DNA of 64,000 nt from an uncultured Chloroflexia bacterium (GTDB lineage Bacteria; Chloroflexota; Ktedonobacteria; Ktedonobacterales; JADMIN01): NCBI GenBank assembly GCA_963841205.1, contig CAWJCH010000031.1, positions 5,709-69,708 on the forward strand, given 5' to 3'. Shown here in pieces: positions 58,292-64,000 of the stretch (the stretch's first letter is position 1; every line of letters begins with the position of its first letter). The notes under the pieces are model-generated. The model was given only the letters and a program-made list of their open reading frames with translations. It made no database searches and had not been told where the DNA came from. The translations under genes and the position numbers were made by a program.

Positions 58292-59273
58292 ATGAACAGA
58301 CAGGCGGCACACGCGGTTCGACTATCGGGCGCGGGCGCCAAGAATTGGGCTCCGCTTCATCCAGTGCGCCCACCGCCAAGGCGTCCACGCCGTGGCTCGC
58401 CGCGCTGATGCAGCGCTCCCTCTCCGCGGTCGTCCTGATCCCGCTGGTGATCGCCCTGGTCTTCTTCGGTGGCTGGGTCGCCTTCGGCGGCGCCGTGCTC
58501 GCGCTGCTGCTCGGCATATATGAGCTGAACGCCATGTTCACCCACAAAGGCTGGCACCCTCTCCTGCTCCTCAGCGCCCTCCTCGGCCTCACCTTCCTCA
58601 GCGCCGCCCGCGTCTACATCCTGCGCCCAACCCGGTCCCGTCCTCCTCATCCTCGGCGTCGGCATCAGCGCGATCCTCATCCTCAGCCTTCTCCTGGCTG
58701 ATCCTCACGCGCAAAGGCTCGAAAGCAGCGTGCTCGACTGGGCGCTCACCATGGGCAGCGCCTTCTACCTCGGCTGGCCACTCGCGTTCTTCCTCCTACT
58801 GCGCGGCAACACACTTTGGCTCAAACAACACCGGCTTCTGGTGGATGCTCGCGCTCTTCTTCGTCGTCTGGGCCAACGACACCTTCGCCTTCTTCACCGG
58901 CCACTTCCTCGGCCGCACCAAGCTGGCCCCGGTGATCAGCCCCGCGAAGACCTGGGAAGGCTTCGCCGGCGGGCTCGTCTTCACCGTCATCGCCGCCCTC
59001 GTCTTCACCATAGCGCTGCCCGCCGCCTTCGGCCACCCGCTCCATGTCAGCTGGTATCAAGCCGCCATCCTCGGCATCCTCGTCGCCGTCGTCGCCACTG
59101 TCGGCAATCTCGCCGAGTCCTTGCTCAAGCGCGGCACCGGCGTCAAAGACAGCGGCAAAATCTTCCCCGGCCACGGCGGCATCCTCGACCGCATGGACAG
59201 CCTGCTCTTCGCCATCCTCGTCGTCTTCTTCTTCGCCCTCGCCGTCGGCGACCTCCCCTTCCTCATCCGCTAG
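58292..59273 (+). CDS. cdsA: Phosphatidate cytidylyltransferase; frame broken two to three times (about 58370?, about 58625 and about 58815)
   Basis: GGGAGGG lies upstream of ATG 58292. TM-rich sequence: LSAVVLIPLVIALVFFGG..|PVLLILGVGISAIL..LDWALTMGSAFYLGWPLAFFLLLRG|..FWWMLALFFVVWANDTFAFFTGHFLGRTKLAPVISPAKTWEGF..KDSGKIFPGHGGILDRMDS. Confidence 0.75.
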
Positions 59274-59322
59274 CGGGACACGCGCCACAGCGTCACGCGC
59301 CGCGACGGGGCAAGCGTTCGAG

Positions 59323-59624
59323 CTATCCGTGCGCGAGCTCGCGGTATTCGACCGTAATCGATCCAGGTCCACGAGCAACGCGATCCGCCCGGGAGTGGTG
59401 GATCTGTGGCCCAATGTGAACGAAGCCGCGCCTTCGGCGCACTGCCTGTTGGCGTAGCGCATGGCAAAAATCCATTCGCCATTGCGAGCGCGCACCATCT
59501 TGCGTCGCAACAATCCCGACAGCTGGGGCACGATCTCATGCTGCAAGAGAAAGTTCAGCCGCAAGAACTCTTCCTCGTCCGCACCCGGATGGAGCCGAAA
59601 CCGCACGATCTTCATGACCGCCAT
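59323..59624 (-). CDS. Small ABM/Dabb-like hypothetical protein; one frame break near 59350
   Basis: GGAGGG lies 6 nt upstream of the ATG. MAVMKIVRFRLHPGADEEEFLRLNFLLQHEIVPQLSGLL..NGEWIFAMRYANRQCAEGA.., with a plausible end ..SITVEYRELAHG* in another frame. Confidence 0.4.
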
Positions 59625-60097
59625 CCCCCACCCTCCGCTCTTCCTTAACTCATCCGTAGTCCTTGGTATGAGTGAGAATTGGGCTGCTCGAACGCGCACC
59701 GCGCGTACATGCTCGTAGATTCCGGCGCTCATTGTACTGATTACGGCACACTGCGCGGCAACGATGGTCCATGAGCATAGATGAGAGGAGACATCGGGGA
59801 TGGTGGAAACGCCGGGCGAACGGTCCGCCTCCGGCCTGAACAAGCGGACTGGAGCGGCCTGGAGCGGTCTCCAGGGTATGTACGGCTACCTATTACAGCG
59901 GATAGATGCCGATCCCAAGAGAACCCATCGACTCTCGCACGCCGCGTTTGCGGCGCGGTTCGGACTCCTTGGGCCGACGGCCATTGCCTCGGGATGCACG
60001 ATCTGGCCGCGCATCGCGGCAGGTAACGCGGGCGTCCACGTCCGCGCACGTCCGTACCGTCAGACGGCTCAACCCTGGTTGAAGCGGCGTCCCGTCC

Positions 60098-61470
60098 CTA
60101 TGCCCGTGCTCGCTGTTTCTTCGAAGATCCAGTGCTCCCCGGCGGCTGGATCGGCATCGGCGGCTCCGGCGGCACCAGGAGCGACATCGGCTGATCCGCG
60201 AACTCCAGCTCCTGCGGCGAGATCACCGGTGCATCGCTGATGTCCAGCAGCACCTTGATCGACATATACTCTTTCGCGCCATTCGCGACCCGAATGGCGT
60301 GTCGGATCTCCGCCAGCGGAAAGCGATGCGTCACCAACCGCTCTGGCGTCAGCTTCCGCTCGCGCATCAGCGCCGCCGCCAGTTGGAATGTCGAGACGCG
60401 CCCGCCGCTATCAGCCTCCCAGCCGGCCAGCACCGTATTGCCCGGCCAGTGCTCCGTGCCATGGCCGTAGGTGCCCAGCACCCGAATCTCCTGCTGGCGT
60501 ACCGGCGTGAGATCGAGGCGCAACCGCGAGAGGTGCGCCCCCGCCAGCACGATCGTGCCGCCACCGCGCACCCAACGCAGCGCATTCTGTACCGACTCGC
60601 CCGTGCCTACCGTGTCATACACCGCATCGAACCCGCCGATCACCAGCTCCGAACGCCCGCGTTTATATCGCTTCGCCTGCGTATACTTCGCCACGCCCGC
60701 CGAGCCGCCCCCCGGCGAGAGCACCTGCGACGCCCCCATCGCATTCGCCGTCTCGATCTGGAACGGATGCCGCGCCTCCACGATGATCGACGCATGGGGA
60801 GACAGTGCACGGATCGCCTGGATCGTCAGCAACCCCAGCGTCCCCGAGCCGATCACCAGCACATTGTCGCGCGGTTGCGGCGCGTGCCGCGGCGCGGTCC
60901 CCAGCGCCGACGCCGTCGCTGCCGACAGAGCCGCCTGCTCATTAGAAAGCGCATCCGGCACTAAGAAAAGCTGCCACTCATGGACGATCATCTCATCGCC
61001 CCAGCCGCCACCGACACCCTCCGGTCCGGCCAGGTATCGATTCTCGCAGAGGTTATAGCGCCCCGCCGCACAGTGCAGGCACGGGGGCTCAATCTCGCGC
61101 GTCGCGCAGCACTGGTCCACCTGGTACGCCACGCGGTCGCCCACGCGCAGGAACTGCACCTCGGCCCCCACCTCCATCACCTCGCCGCAGACCTCGCGCC
61201 CCATGTACGCACGGCGCATCCGCGGCAGCGCGCGTTCGGCGCTCCCGCTCTCTGTCCGCAACAGCACCCGCGCAACGTCCTCCGTCGGAGATCCCCTGCC
61301 CGAATATTGCGCACGCGCACCCACTGCGTCCCCGGCAACTGCGCCTTGCGGATCTGCCGGGCGCGGAGCCGTCGCAGACGGCCCGTAATAGGCGCGGCGC
61401 GAGAGCCATGCCGACCGAGCGCGTCACGACGGACCCGCAGCCGATTCGAGTCGAGATACACGCTCCACAT
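60098..61470 (-). CDS. Zinc-type medium-chain dehydrogenase/reductase (MDR) family protein; probable frame break near 61390
   Basis: GGAGGAGG RBS before ATG 61470. Structural-zinc motif CLHCAAGRYNLCEN, NAD fold VLVIGSGTLGLLTIQ and FDAVYDTVG. The GHE motif reads GRE (YMGREVCGEV). Confidence 0.75.
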
Positions 61471-61830
61471 AGACGGCCTCCTCCGAGTCGCGCCATCGCC
61501 ATAACCGCAACCAGTCTAGCATCGCCTCTTCACGGTTCGCAAGCGAACGGGACTGAGCGGCCACGCCGATTACTCCCACCCCACCGCATTGAGCACGTAT
61601 ATCGCCGCGCACCTCGACTTGGCAAAACGTACCTCGCATCGCCGCCGTGCCGGTGCTACACTCTGACTAGACCATTTGTTCTGCACAGGCGAACAGCATT
61701 TCCTCCCTGGTCACGTGCGAACACTGCATGCGCCTGAGTTCGCCGACTATGGACGGTGTGCGCTGAACATGGATGAGTCCTCAGCCTGAAGGCCAGGGGT
61801 TGCCGCCCAACCCGCCCCACCTCTCTCCGT

Positions 61831-61860
61831 GTACCTCCGTGTACCTCCGTGTACCTCCGC
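61831..61860. repeat. 10-bp tandem repeat x3 (TGTACCTCCG)
   Basis: Read directly from the sequence, in the ORF-poor gap upstream of the TPR gene. Confidence 0.9.
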
Positions 61861-62165
61861 GTTTAGGCTGCTCTCCTCTCCACCCCGGAAAACGTTCCAA
61901 CACCGAAGGTGCCTCGGTTACCCACGGGAACCCCAGAAGCGCCACCAAAATCGCAATAGCGGAAGGAAACGGGAAGGGAAGCCGGGAAATTTCACCCTCC
62001 CGTAACTGCTGCAACCGAAGGGACAGCTCATCAGCCGTTAACCAGATTCCTTCCCTCCTAACCCACTTCCGTCCCCGCGCGCAGCGTCTCCGCCTTTGAC
62101 GCCAACAGTCGCGCCGGACTACAGTTACCTCCGGTACGCGCTCCCCGAATGCGAGAGGTATCTCC

Positions 62166-64000
62166 ATGACCCAGACAACGAATGACGCGATCCGCGACGA
62201 GGCGCTGGCCCAACTGCGTCAAGGCACCACCGCCCTCAACGAGGGCCGGCTCGAGCAGGCCGCCGAGGCGTTGGTCGACGCCGAGGTCACCCTGCGCCAG
62301 CTCGGCGACCACGAGCACGCCGGCGACAGCCGTTCCGCCCTCGCCGAGGTCCGGCGCCGCGGCGGCCGTCGAACAGGCGACGAAGAGCTATGAACGTGCC
62401 GTCGCGCTGTATAAGGAGGCAGGCGTCCCCGTCCGCGAGGCGCAGGCAACCCTGCAGCTCGGTCACCTCGACCGCCAGCGCGGCCAGCTCGACCGCGCCT
62501 GGGAGCACTACTTCCTCGCCCTCCGCCTCTTCGAGAAGGCGCGGAACCTCAGCGGCCAGGCCGCCGCCTCGCTCGCCCTCGGCCACGTCGAGCGACAGCG
62601 CGGGCGTCTGGAACAGGCAGCGGGCTACCGCCGCCTCGCGCACGCTCTACGCCCAATCGCGCGACCGCTTCGGCGAAGCCGACGCCACCCGCGGCCAGGC
62701 CGACATGCTCGCTGGCCAGGGCAACCTCGCCGAGGCCGTTGGCCGCGCGCCTCTACGGCGAAGCGCTGGACTTCTATCGGGGTGGCGGCGATCGCTTTGG
62801 CGAGATCGACACCATTGTTCCAGGCGCGGCTCGCCATCGAACAGGCTCGACTCGACGAGGCCACCACCCTGCTCGGCAGGGCGATCGCCATGGCAGGCCC
62901 GCTCGAATACGACCTCGCCGACGCCGACGCCACGCTCGGGTTGGCCGAGGTAGCCCTCCGGCGCGGGCAGCTGAATCAAGTCGTCGCCAACAGCATGAAG
63001 GCCGCCGCCGCCTCAGATCAGCAAGGCAACGGGGTCGGCGCCGCCGAAACCAACCGCGTCCTCGGCGAAGCGCAGCTCCGGCGCGGGCAGCTCGCCCAGG
63101 CCATCGCCCTCTTCGACCGCGCTTCTCGGGCCTTCCAGGCCACCGATGCGCGCGTGCCTCGCCCGCGCGCTGCTCGGCTCCGCGGAAGCCAACCGCCGCA
63201 AAGGGCTACCACGCAAGGCCGACGACCTCTTCGCCCAGGCACACAAAGTCGCCGGCGAGACCGAGCAGGCCGTCCTGGTCGCCTCCGCCATCCTCGGCCT
63301 TGGGCAGATCGCGCGTCAGCGCGGCCAGTCAGCTCACGCGGCGGCCCTGTTAGACGACGCCGCCAGCCGACTCGAAAACGCCGCGCGTCCCGCCCTCGCC
63401 GCCCTGGCAATCCGCGACCGCGCCCGTCTTGCCATCACCCGCGGCGAGCTCGATCGCGCCGCTCGTCTGGCCCAGCAGGCCCGCGCCCTCGCCGCCCAGG
63501 CCGAGTCCACGGCAGCCGATACTTCCCCGCTCGCGGCGGTCGCCGGCGTCGAAGAGGAGTTGGCGCTGGCGCTCGGCCAGCTCGAGGTCGCCCGCGCCCG
63601 CGCCGAAGCGGCGACGGCCGCCCAGCGCGAGAGCGACGCACTCGCCCCGACCGACGCCGCGCTGGGGCAGGCCGAGGTCGAGCTGCGCTCCGGCAACCTC
63701 GATGCCGCCGTGAGGGCGTACAACGTGGCGCTGAGGCTCGCGCAGGCCAGCGAGACCCCGGTGCAAGAGGCAGTCGCCAGCCTGGGCTTGGCCCAGGTGC
63801 TGCTGCGGCGCGGCCTCGCCGAGGAGGCGGCCATAGGCGAGGGCGAGCAGCTAGCGCACCTGCGCGCCGCGGCGACATTGCCGCGCTCGCCCTCGCCCAG
63901 TTCGGTATCGCCGAGGCGCGTCAACAGCTTGGCGAGACCGCCGCCGCCCGCGCCGCCTACGGCGAGGCCCTGCGACTCTACACCGAGAGCGATAATCGGC
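62166..64000 (+). CDS. Tetratricopeptide-repeat protein (runs off the window); frame broken six times
   Basis: Repeated units of about 40 aa, of the type G..GEA.ATL.LG.V.RQRG.L..A...Y..AL.LY. The units are followed across frames 0>1>2>0>1>2>1, with switches at about 62350, 62630, 62745, 62820, 63150 and 63868. Confidence 0.7.

Noticed and set aside
59800-60240. A 146-aa + strand ORF with a good GAGAGGAGA RBS upstream of ATG 59800.
   Set aside because: The start looks real, but the ORF runs 140 nt into the convergent dehydrogenase gene and no family is recognisable. In a region full of frame breaks, the true stop cannot be placed. It is left unannotated.

Overview
This is a visibly GC-rich bacterial chromosomal segment. 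I cannot name the organism. Gene content and the AGGAG-type ribosome-binding sites fit a high-GC Gram-positive-type or Chloroflexota-like genome.

The window falls into three zones.

(1) 1-27.8 kb is mosaic accessory DNA.
- Ordinary genes: FUSC-type membrane protein, orphan sensor histidine kinase, CopC-like protein, NDH-2, NmrA-like SDR, cupin, AlkA-like glycosylase, DUF488, Hsp20.
- These are interleaved with IS elements of four families: IS630 (two copies plus a remnant), IS110, an IS5/IS427-like element, and IS3.
- The IS3 copy has cleanly split a molybdopterin oxidoreductase gene.
- About 5 kb (22.7-27.8 kb) is a phage-like integrative module: Arc-like RHH, DGQHR/ParB-like protein, RusA, excisionase-like HTH, tyrosine integrase and XRE HTH.

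(2) 27.8-54 kb is housekeeping DNA with intact long ORFs.
- Genes: PP2C phosphatase, Sua5/TsaC, ArsA/GET3-like ATPase, GNAT, RlmI-like methyltransferase, FGGY kinase, DUF4012, GerMN lipoprotein, holB, LON-domain protein, GH36, ABM, and a homocysteine methyltransferase/MTHFR fusion.
- It is interrupted at 44.5-48.3 kb by two degenerate IS200/IS605-family (TnpB) elements.

(3) 54-64 kb holds the conserved rpsB-tsf-pyrH-frr-uppS-cdsA cluster, an MDR dehydrogenase and a long TPR protein.
- From about 55.56 kb onward these genes can only be read by hopping reading frames, roughly 25 times.

I found no rRNA, tRNA or CRISPR array. I did not find a convincing novel multi-gene system.

The items most worth a second look are:
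- the indel-riddled essential operon;
- the TnpB elements with a shared 3' stem-loop;
- the IS110 element, with its 5' non-coding flank and a 32-bp perfect palindrome;
- the small integrase module, which carries an in-frame-TGA rusA and an unassigned 206-aa gene;
- a 0.7-kb ORF-free region with tandem repeats and TTCA-loop hairpins.
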